Of a stretch of 64,000 nucleotides of DNA, positions 37,830 to 47,948 are shown in pieces. A program made the translations under genes and the position numbers. Source of the stretch: Adineta vaga (taxonomy: Eukaryota > Animalia > Rotifera); contig CP075496.1 of NCBI GenBank assembly GCA_021613535.1, forward strand, positions 5,704,001-5,768,000. The letters are read 5' to 3'. The notes under the pieces are model-generated. The model did no database searches. It was given only the letters and a program-made list of their open reading frames with translations, and was not told where the DNA came from. How positions within the stretch are numbered: position 1 is the first letter of the stretch; the number at the start of each line of letters is the position of its first letter.

Positions 37830-39586
37830 TTATAAATTATCATCTCCAATTGTTGGATGCAATTTGAGATCATTAATTTGAGTGAATTTATATTGATTCT
37901 GTTCGGCAAGGGTTGCTGCATCTGGATGAGCTGCTCGTGCCATCGCTGATGCATTTCGAAAGGCAACAGTTGACCATGTCACAGCCATGATGAGAATTAA
38001 AACAAAACTGACTAATACTAAATACAAATGATACAATTTAAAATGATAAAATTTAAGAAAATCTTCAACAAACCAAGTAAATATAGAACTAAACCCGTTG
38101 GTCCATCGTGTAATTTTTCTGTTTCTTTTCCCGTAATACTCGCTATTTTACTTGAATCCATAAGAAATGATTGTATATTTGTCGTCGAACTATTCGATGA
38201 TGGACACTTTCCAATATTTAATATCAAACACATCAATACAAAAATATCAACATTATGTAAAGATTCTGAGTTTGATAAAGTAAAATTTTCTTTCAATTCA
38301 GGTCCATTTGCATAAAATATTGTTTTCATTGAATCAATTTGATTATCATATCCATGATTTCCGTGTGTACGATTCCAATCAACCCCATTACCATCATCTT
38401 TACGTCTATGTTAAGATAAAGAACAAAACAAATTCTTATCAAACAAGCAAAACATACGGAATGAATGTCGATAAAGTTCATAACCAGGATTAAGAATAAT
38501 AATTAAATCACCAATATGTGAATGTGTTTTATAATGAAATCGATCAAGAAGATCATCTCTTTTATAAACATTTGAATTTGGGATACGTTTCAAACTTTGA
38601 AAGATTGAATCAATATCATTAGCTAAAGATCATAAAGTTTTTTTCATCTTTCTTCTTTTTCATTGAACTTACGAGAATTAACAAAAATATTTAGAACAGT
38701 TTCTGTTCCAAATGCTTGTAATTTAGTTATGTCAACAAACTCTTCGAGATATATTGGTTTCGATGTTGCATTGATTTGTTCCATACCATGATCTGACGTG
38801 ATAATTAAATGTAAATTATTCTTTAATATAACATTTTTATCTATTTCATTAAGAAGATAACCTAAATATTCATCACATTTTTTAATTATTTGTTTTGTTT
38901 CGAATGAATAAGGTCCAGTTCGACGACCTATGCAAATGGAAGGTTATTTTATCCGAAAAGAAAATAGTAATTTACCCGTAAGACCCGGTTCGGGAAAATA
39001 AATTGCTCCGAAATTAATTGGCTCATTTGGATCATTAAACCAACGAAGAATTTGATCAACAATATCTTCAAATGAACGTTTTTCGTTATAAGATTCATAT
39101 TTTGACACATGAATGAAATTTTGTGGCCATCCAATCACACCCGATCTTGCTCCAGATCTTTGTTCATTAATCGTCCAAATTGATTTTATTGGCCACCAAT
39201 TATTTGAAGTATTTTCTCCTGCTTGAAAAATTTCATTTGTTTTTCGATCATAGATTTGATCAGAAACTAAACCATGACTTTCTTCATACAAACCAGTAAT
39301 TAACCTAATAAAATAGAAATAAAAGAAAAACTATTGATCAAAAACAAAGCAATAGATAAACATACGTATAATGATTAGGATATGTTGCTGTAGTAAAGGT
39401 TGGAATCATGCTGTGTGCATGCACACCAAGTTGTTGTAATCGAGAAAAATTCGGCAATGGTCCATGTAATTTCGGATAATCCCAACGAAAACCATCAAAT
39501 GAAACGAGTAATAATAAAGGTAATGATTGAGAATGTATAGACGAAAATTGATATGCGAATAAAAGAAATGAAAACCACCTCATCAT
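37830..39586 (-). CDS. ENPP4/5-like protein, copy B (two Zn ligands substituted)
   Basis: Signal peptide, LLLVSFDGFRWDY, TATYPNHYT|LITGLY, EPGLTG|RRTGP (instead of EPD..GH), ITSDHGM, GNHGYDN, and a C-terminal TM. Tandem with copy A. Confidence 0.9.
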
Positions 39587-39939
39587 AGAAAATAATTTCT
39601 TTATGGATGGATAGATGTTGAAGAAAAATGATGATTGATACTATTTGTTTTGTATTTGCTAGTGATTGAGAACTAATTAAATAAGAAGGTAGATGTCAGT
39701 AGATGTTTTTTTCCGAAAGATTAATCAAAAAGATTGAAAATTTTCATTAAAAAATCAATTTATTTTAAATTGAAAAATCTATATTGAAATTTATATATCA
39801 TCTATTCTAATCGAAAACAACACAACATGAGTAATATTGCAATTTAAGACAAAGATGATAGATATATGGAATCATAAATCATCGATCACGGACAGTTATT
39901 GTATATTGTTCGAACTAATTGTATGCATTGAAAAAACAA

Positions 39940-40110
39940 ATGAATTTTCTATCAATTGATCATCAAAACTTAACGATAAATGCTTCCAAAATACTGTAAG
40001 TATTTCGAAACATTTTATTCTATTCCATGACAATGTGTTTGTTCGATTTTACCAGGAGCATCATCATATTTTTGCCCTCGATAACATTCTTAATTCATGT
40101 TATTGAGTAA
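39940..40110 (+). other. Candidate spliced small ORF (36 aa, hydrophobic C-terminal half) or upstream exons of eIF6
   Basis: Canonical 60-nt intron GTAAGT...TTTTACCAG (39996-40055) joins MNFLSIDHQNLTINASKI to LSIIIFLPSITFLIHVIE*. Confidence 0.3.
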
Positions 40111-40343
40111 GAACTTGAAAGTAATGAAATGTGAGGTAAAGACATGTGTTTTCGAGAAAGATTAAAGAAGAAAAGTTGTTTTTTTCTCTTTCCTACACTA
40201 GATCATCGAGAAACGTGAGTCATTCTTGCGCAATTCTCTACAACACACAATCTATAAAATAGCAATGTGTACACTGAATTGAGCTTCATTCTCGCTAACT
40301 AAGTTAGTGTGTAGTTCTAATTATTAATAAGTTCTTCTCAATC

Positions 40344-41150
40344 ATGGCTATTCGTACACAATTCCAAAGTAGTAATGATATTGGTGTATTTACCCGATTA
40401 ACAAATGCTTATTGTTTGGTTGGTATTGGTGGATCAGAAAATTTTTATTCTACATTTGAAAGTGAATTAAGTGAACAGATACCTGTTATACATACATCAA
40501 TTGGTAAGAGAAATCATTTTTTATAAATCAACATCATCATCGAATTCTATTTCTAAGGTGATTGTCGTGTTATTGGACGTTTAACAGTTGGCAATCGACA
40601 TGGTCTCCTTGTACCCTCATCCACAACAGATAAAGAATTGCAACATATTCGTAATTCATTACCAGACAATGTTCGTATAAAACGATGTGAAGAACGTTTA
40701 TCAGCATTAGGAAATGTTATTGCATGTAATGATTATGTTGCTCTCATACATCCTGATCTAGATAAAGAAACAGAACAGATTTTAACAGATACATTAAATG
40801 TCGAATGTTTTCGACAAACAATTGCTGATCGAGTTCTTGTTGGTAGTTATTCAATATTTTCAAATCAAGGTGGACTTGTACATCCCAAAACAAGTATACA
40901 AGAACAAGAAGAATTATCTTCTCTATTACAAGTTCCACTTGTTGCTGGAACAATTAATCGTGGTAGTGATGTCGTTGCTGCTGGACTTTTAGTGAATGAT
41001 TGGATGGGATTTTGTGGATTAGATACAACAGCACATGAAATCAGTGTTATTGAAAGTGTATTTAAATTAGGACAACAGCATGGAACTAAAAACAAAACAA
41101 CAACAAATGATAAAACAATAAAAGATTCACTTGTTGATGCTCTTGTTTAA
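40344..41150 (+). CDS. EIF6: Eukaryotic translation initiation factor 6
   Basis: [83 protein letters not shown]. One intron at about 40505-40557. Confidence 0.97.
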
Positions 41151-42019
41151 TATATCTCATTTTCATGTATTTTATTTTCTTATCTGTCTTATATTAATAC
41201 AAAGATATCTGTGAATAATTTGAAATGATCAATGAAACATCTATTCATTTCAGATCATCTGATTTCTTGACAATGATATTGTTTTTTAGTAATAAATACA
41301 TATCATAATGAGTAATCAAGGGTTTTATGAATTACATTGAAGAAATTCCGACACATATTCATACAAATAATTGCTATGCTAAATGGAAATAGTCAATATT
41401 TTTTTATCAAGTCATTCAAGTAAGTTACATGTGATCTGTTTCGATTATATTGAGTCTAAAAATACATAGCAATTAAAGTTAGTAATCCAAAGTGTTTCTA
41501 TTTCGATTCAATTCATCATGTGCTTTCCGTCAGATGAGAAATTTACAGATCAATGTACTCAATAGTTTCATACTACACATTATGAATCAATATTCTATTC
41601 ATAGAAAAAAGAGAGTCTATTTGTAATTATAGAAAGGTAAACTAGACGATGATATTGTTTATCGTGGCAATGATATCATTGATATACAAATTTCTACACC
41701 TAAGTATAGGTAATTTGTTTCTCATAGATAAATCATGTGCCTTTTGCTTCGCTAATTACTTCGATACTTTATTTTTTCGTTTTTTTGAAACCAGCCTCAC
41801 TAACGTACGTGCACGTGAGTCAAAAAATTTGAAGAATAAATGCACATATTTTGTTTCATATCTTTGGCACGAGTTACACACAATAATAGCGTCACTTTTT
41901 TTTCGTCTTATTTAGGCATATCGTATTCTCGACCTATAAAAAAGCTGATAGACAGACAAAGATAAACGATTTTCTATTTTTTCATATTCGAAAAAAAAAC
42001 ACAAAAGAGTATATCTAGT

Positions 42020-42692
42020 ATGTCAGGAACAACATCAACATCAAGTCGATTACATTTACGACGAAATAGTTTGGAACTTTTACAATATGCCAAACGTTTT
42101 CAAGAAAAATACATCCTTCATCCTTTTTGGAATGATACATCTATGGGTAAAATTGATGAAATATCTCGTGTATCTAATGTAGATATTGCTGAAGCTGGTT
42201 GCTGTAAATATCTTTTGATCGAAGTTAGCGGTTGTGGTTCAACGTATGGACAATCTAAATTAGTTGTTCGTGGTGATGCATCATGTGCATATTATGGTAA
42301 GAATATGTCTAATCAAGGACATTATCGATGATTGTTAATATTTCGTTTCATGTAGCTGATATATTCGATAAACTAAAAAGACAAATCAATGAAAACGAAT
42401 TAAGATTAGACTGTAAAGGTGGTGGACGAATACAAGTCGATCCCGCAACACGAACGATTACAGTTTATGGTCGATCACAAGTGAATAATGGTTTTAAATA
42501 ATTGTATCAAAGAAACATTATGTTTTTTTTTTGTATATAGGAATTTGGTCAAGCTGATCATGAAAAGACTGTAGAAATTCTTCGAAGAAAATATCCACAA
42601 TGGACAGTCGAACTCCATGGTATGCGAATCTGAATATTAATTAACAATACGAGGTAGTTTTCTCTCTTTTTTTTCTAGATGATGAATATTAA
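42020..42692 (+). CDS. PHPT1: Janus/Ocnus - 14 kDa phosphohistidine phosphatase family protein with N-terminal extension, 4 exons
   Basis: VDIAEAGCCKYLLIEV..KLVVRG..CAYY|ADIFDKL..DCKGGGRI..TITVYGRSQ|EFGQADHEKTVEILRRKYPQW..DDEY*. Confidence 0.85.
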
Positions 42693-44239
42693 AATTCAAG
42701 TCATTCAGAATGATTCATAGTATTCTAGTGAGTTTCATTCTTCGAAAACTATCTCTATGTTTGTAACATATTTATCACAGAAAGATCATTAAATTTCATA
42801 TCATGTTCTTTTTTACATTACAAGAGATAAATAAAAAAATATTTTCTATCATCATTCGTTTATTTTTATACATTATAAATGTAGTTATCTCTCTTGATAT
42901 CTATGCATATTTTTTGCTATGTCCTTGTTTGTTCTCTTTCTGAATGCTATTTAAAAAAAATGTATATGGATGCGATGTACAAGGATGCAGAGACTAATGA
43001 CGACTATAATATCTTGACCTCTATTTGGATTGTATAGAACGAAAGGTATAATCGTTGATGACACTACTGAACAAAGAAAAAGGGTTGTTATATAAATGAG
43101 ATAAGGTTTATTAGTATATAAAACAAGAAAGAAAAAGACAAAAAGAAAGCAGATTTGATAAATGTAAGTAAGATAATGAAGAGATGGTTGAAATTTAGTT
43201 AAGCAAGAAGAAAAAAAACATATTGAGAAAGGGATAAAGTTAATCTGATATAATCATTGATGGGAATATATCAATGAGTGAAACAAAAATAAATTGTCTT
43301 TGATTACGACATCATCTCGTCATTAAAGACATCATTCTGTAATTGTTCGTGTCCTTGTTAGACGACACTTCGAGTTTTTTCATTGATTATCCATCTCGTC
43401 TTTCACCATCTGTCGATTCCATTTGTCTCGTCTAATATTCTTAGTCATACCAAGGCAATTCTTGCACTTTTCCGCTTTCTTTTCCATATGAAGATGAGCA
43501 TATATGTACGACATAACCTTGTATGTATAAATACTATCGTAGAACTAACGACGGGAGTGACGACAATGACAAGGTTATTTAGTTCTTTTTTTTCAAATTG
43601 CATTATTAATTCAATTGATTTCTGAACTTTTCTTGCCAATTTTCTAGTCAAACATTGTAGAACGAGAGCAATTGTTTTATCGAACGAGTAGAAGAAGACG
43701 AAGAAGAGAAAAGCGTTATTCGATGTATTTATATATTTGAGCATCATTGACAATTCACTTCTCTTTTTTTTCTGTAATTTGATCAAGACGTTGTTCGTCA
43801 AAAGATGATGCAAGTTCGACATTTTCTTATTTGATTTGAAAATATTTCCAAACTATATTCTATCTGTTAATCATTAGCATCTATAAGGAAATAGGAAACG
43901 AACGAAGAAACGAACGAACGACATATTCCAGATCGTTCTGTCTTATGTAATACTATGTTCTCCTTGTCTTTAGCATTGAAACATAGAAATTCGGATCGAT
44001 AGTTATATATATCTTTTTTGTTGTATTCTATTATTGTGATAATTATTGATCAATAGGAATCGTCAGATTTCGAGAGAAGAGAGAGAGAAAGACAAAGACC
44101 TTTTCTAATTGCTATTAGTAAGCATTTCGCTATCCTATTAGGAAAAAAAGAAGACGGAGAAGAAGAACGAGGGGAAAAGAGAAAGGAACAGAACATTAGT
44201 TGTCGTTCGTGTTCAGTCTTGTATGTTAATATTTGTAGG

Positions 44240-45115
44240 ATGGCAACATCTGAATGTTTATCTACATTACCAACGAAGGCAGATAGTTTTTATAATAATG
44301 ATGATCAGATGATAAAATTAAACATCGGTGGTTATTGTTATACAACAAAACGTTCAACAATTAATGATAATGTGGATGATCAATCGTATCTATCTTTATT
44401 AATACATAATCAAACAAAAACTCGTTTGAATTCAAATGATGAATATTTTATTGATCGTGATGGAAAATATTTTCGTTATATATTAAATTATTTTCGTGAA
44501 AAAACTCTTCAATTACCAGAGAATTTTACTGAATTAAATCAATTTTTATCTGAAGTGAATTTCTATGGAATTGATTGTTTAAAAAATGAGATTGAAAATC
44601 GATTAAATCGAACGAATGAACGAAATTTATATGTAGAAAACGGTTTACATTTTACTTTAATATCAAAATTTAATCAAAAGAAAACAATTGTTAAATTAAT
44701 TGGTCCATTGAAATTACTTTCGTTTTTTCCTATTGAAATCATTGGAAAACATTTCTTAAAAATCATTTCATCTTTTAATGATCCAAAGGATATTTTATGT
44801 CAATTAACATTTCCATTGAATGAAAAACTTATTTCATGTGAACCATTTGATCAATTACAACGTTTTGTTTTAACAAAACAAGCAAGAAAAATGGGTTTAA
44901 TGGTTAGTTATTGTGATGATTATTTTTATATACCCATTGAACATGAAATTGTCTCACGAGATGAACTTGCACAAGTCTTCTTGAATAAATTTAATGGAAA
45001 AATATTGAATGCTAATATTACACAAGATGATTCAACTATTCTCGTTGAAAATTGGCTTCTAACAATACAATCAGATGAAATATATTCAAATTCAAGTATT
45101 AAAAATGTACATTAA
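44240..45115 (+). CDS. KCTD-type BTB/POZ (T1) domain protein, single coding exon
   Basis: IKLNIGGYCYTTKRSTI..EYFIDRDGKYFRYILNYFRE..LPENF..EVNFYGI. The ATG at 44240 follows a splice acceptor. The C-terminal domain was not recognised. Confidence 0.88.
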   Translation: MATSECLSTLPTKADSFYNNDDQMIKLNIGGYCYTTKRSTINDNVDDQSYLSLLIHNQTKTRLNSNDEYFIDRDGKYFRYILNYFREKTLQLPENFTELNQFLSEVNFYGIDCLKNEIENRLNRTNERNLYVENGLHFTLISKFNQKKTIVKLIGPLKLLSFFPIEIIGKHFLKIISSFNDPKDILCQLTFPLNEKLISCEPFDQLQRFVLTKQARKMGLMVSYCDDYFYIPIEHEIVSRDELAQVFLNKFNGKILNANITQDDSTILVENWLLTIQSDEIYSNSSIKNVH

Positions 45116-45147
45116 AAGTTTATTTCTTCTTTCTTTTTGGTTTCTTT

Positions 45148-46279
45148 TTATATTTCTGTATAAATTATAGATTTCGATTTATGTGTTTGTTTTTTTTTGG
45201 AACACGAATGAGAACATGTATTGGGATGATAAGAAGCTGGACCGAGATGTGAGAATGAACTTTTTGTTGAATGAAATCGTTCAGTTGAAGAAAGGAAACC
45301 CGCGAATGAGTTCTTTTTTTCTTTAGTAGATTGAGAAAGTAATTCTTTAAAGTACGTAGTTGGACCGGGAGATGAGTGCAATTGAGTTACATTAGCATTG
45401 CGATGAGAAGGAAGAGGTAAAAATTTGCCTTTATAACGATTTGATCGTGTAAAGAAAGTTTCAAGTATTGATTTCTCTTGAAAATAACCAGGTCCTTTAT
45501 ACCAATTTGGAAATTCACGATTGTGATTTTCAGCCAATTGAACATATGGCCCATAGATTCCTGAAAGAAAAAAATGTTTTATTTATATATAATCTTTAAG
45601 GATCGATTTTCCAGTTGTGTGTAAAAAGAGAATATTGGCCTTGAGAAAAACAGTTACGAAAGAATCCTTATCTTGTAAAAACATTCGACATAATATGATA
45701 CACATATTTTTCTCTCATGAGATCCATTGATCGACGATCGAACTAACCTGTTTGTTTACGATGAAGTTCATCGACAAAACTGGATTTTTCATAGAGAGTA
45801 ACTGGTGGAGCACGAGGTTTAAGTGCTTTTCGTTGATGACATTGATTATTAGAACTCTGTCGATCAAGTCGTATAGTATTAAAACGTCTTTCAAATTCAT
45901 GTTTCCTTCGTAATTCATCGGTAATATTACTTAAACTATGTATCATTCCCTAAATTCTAGAATAATTTCATAATAATGTAATGAAAAAATAGATTTTTTC
46001 TACTTGATTATTGCACGAACGTTTTCTTTTCGAATACATCGATAGAAAACGTTCTGATTGTTGATAATAACGACCATATTTACTGCATGATTTTTGACGA
46101 TAGATTTCTTCAATAGTTAATGGATTATAATAACCTGGTCCTAGAATTTTTCTCTCACGTATTGGTGAGAGAGTAAACTTTGTTGCATGTAAACGTTTGA
46201 ATAAATCAGTATCTAATTGTCGATCATAGATACCTTTTGATATTGGTAAATGACCAGATGAATATGAAATATTATTCAT
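45148..46279 (-). CDS. SHIPPO/PGP-repeat ciliary microtubule protein (LEXM/CIMAP2/STPG-like), 3 exons
   Basis: Repeated GPG.Y units: ILGPGYYNP..YQQSERF, GIYGPY, YKGPGYF, SPGPTTY..FLSSTERF, LGPASYHP. The protein is basic. Confidence 0.7.
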
Positions 46280-46315
46280 AATTAATGATGATTTAATAGG
46301 CGCTATTTTTTCTAG

Positions 46316-47668
46316 ATGAATACAAAATCTATTCTCATTATTTTATTTGGTGCTGTTTTTCTTTCGATATCTTCCACAAATGTTGTCACAAATGAATTCG
46401 TTATTCTTATCATAAGTCAACCTCATATATATATTCTTAGTCAAGTTCATAATGCTTCGACATTCATTCCAGCTCATATTCCTCTACTTTTCACACATTC
46501 ATATGCTTCATCTCTATCCAATTGGTATGCAATCTATCCTATCTTTTCATCCATTTTACATCAGTATCATCAATTAAAATGGCTTTTTATTTGTGAATCT
46601 CAAACACGTTTTAATTTAACTGAACTTCTTGCATTTACTAAACAAACAAATGATTCTTATATTGGACATGGTTTATATGATTCTGAACCAAGCATAATTC
46701 ATCATTATTCATTTTCATTAGATAATCCATATCCAGATTTTTCATCAGGTGTTTTATTATCCCGTCATGTTTTATCATTATTTTTAGATCGTTTTTCATC
46801 CTATACGAAAACAATTGATTTCATAATCGATATTAAATATGAATTAAATCAATTAATTAATGAATTGACAAATATTAAATTAATTGATCGACCTGATCTC
46901 TTCTGTATTAAATATAAGAATAATTGTTTGACATGGTACGATGGTCAATATGATTATTCATGTAAACGAAATGATATTCAATTAGATAATATTTATATTG
47001 GAATAAAGACCTTCGTGAATTATCATGAAACTCGAATTAAATTTTTGAAAAAAACCTGGTTAAATGAACAACTTCATTATAATTTCTTTACTAATGAAAT
47101 TCATAATGAGACAAATCGTCGATTTATTGTAACAAAAGAGAATACTGAACGTGGTCATTGTCATAAAACATTTACAATTTTAAACTATTTCTATAAGAAT
47201 AAAGAAAATTTTCAATATTTAATCATTGCTGATGATGATACACTGCTATCTATCCAAAGAATTCTTCGTTTAATTCGATGTTTTATGCTTTCAAATGATC
47301 TTCCAATTGTACTTGGAGAACGATATGGTTATGGAAATTATTATTCTTATCCAACAGGTGGTTCAGGTATTGTGTTCAATCGTCAAGCTGTTCAACAAAT
47401 TATATCAAATTGTCAATGTCCATCGCCTGATACACCTGATGATATGTTTTTAGGTTTATGTTTACACAGTATTCAAGTACCTCTAACACATATACCAGAA
47501 TTACATCAAGCACAACCGAATGCATATTCAAAAGATTGGCTTGAACATCAACAAGCAATTAGTTTTCATAAATTTGAAGGTATAAACGTTGAAGAAGTTT
47601 ATCAAACTTATTTACATGAAAATTCATCGGAAGAAAAACATTTTCATTTAAGAAAAGACGAATTTTAA
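46316..47668 (+). CDS. B3GLCT: Beta-1,3-glucosyltransferase (GT31/fringe-like), intronless CDS
   Basis: N-terminal signal, IGHGLYDSEPSIIHHYSF..YPDFSSGVLLS, NTERGHCHKTF, IADDDTLLS, LGERYGYG..YPTGGSG, PDDMFLGLC, AISFHKF, and a C-terminal ER-retention-like KDEF. Confidence 0.92.
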   Translation: MNTKSILIILFGAVFLSISSTNVVTNEFVILIISQPHIYILSQVHNASTFIPAHIPLLFTHSYASSLSNWYAIYPIFSSILHQYHQLKWLFICESQTRFNLTELLAFTKQTNDSYIGHGLYDSEPSIIHHYSFSLDNPYPDFSSGVLLSRHVLSLFLDRFSSYTKTIDFIIDIKYELNQLINELTNIKLIDRPDLFCIKYKNNCLTWYDGQYDYSCKRNDIQLDNIYIGIKTFVNYHETRIKFLKKTWLNEQLHYNFFTNEIHNETNRRFIVTKENTERGHCHKTFTILNYFYKNKENFQYLIIADDDTLLSIQRILRLIRCFMLSNDLPIVLGERYGYGNYYSYPTGGSGIVFNRQAVQQIISNCQCPSPDTPDDMFLGLCLHSIQVPLTHIPELHQAQPNAYSKDWLEHQQAISFHKFEGINVEEVYQTYLHENSSEEKHFHLRKDEF

Positions 47669-47948
47669 TATTCTTTGTCATAGTTAGATTTGATACTTTT
47701 GTTTTAATCGAAAAAAGGAGAAAAAAGAAAGTAAGACTTTATAAAGCAATAGAAAATCATTTGTCAAAATAGAAATATAGCCAGGGATGAGCAAGAAAGG
47801 CAAGTGGTAGCATAAGAAAAGAAAAAGAGAATGAAGACAGAAAAGCAGCTTTGGCGGCAGATTTTTGAAAGCAATACACACCCACACACATAAAACATTG
47901 TGCTTGTGAAGAGTAGAACGATGTACTGTTTTAATTTTCAATGATGAA

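Noticed and set aside
40744-41095. Overlapping alternative-frame and antisense ORFs within eIF6 (likewise in BicD, ENPP and LRP)
   Set aside because: Shadow ORFs produced by the codon bias of the real gene.
43383-43880. 125-aa minus-strand ORF and nearby acceptor between PHPT1 and KCTD
   Set aside because: No recognisable motif, and I could not build a multi-exon model. It may be a lncRNA or regulatory DNA, but nothing supports a call.
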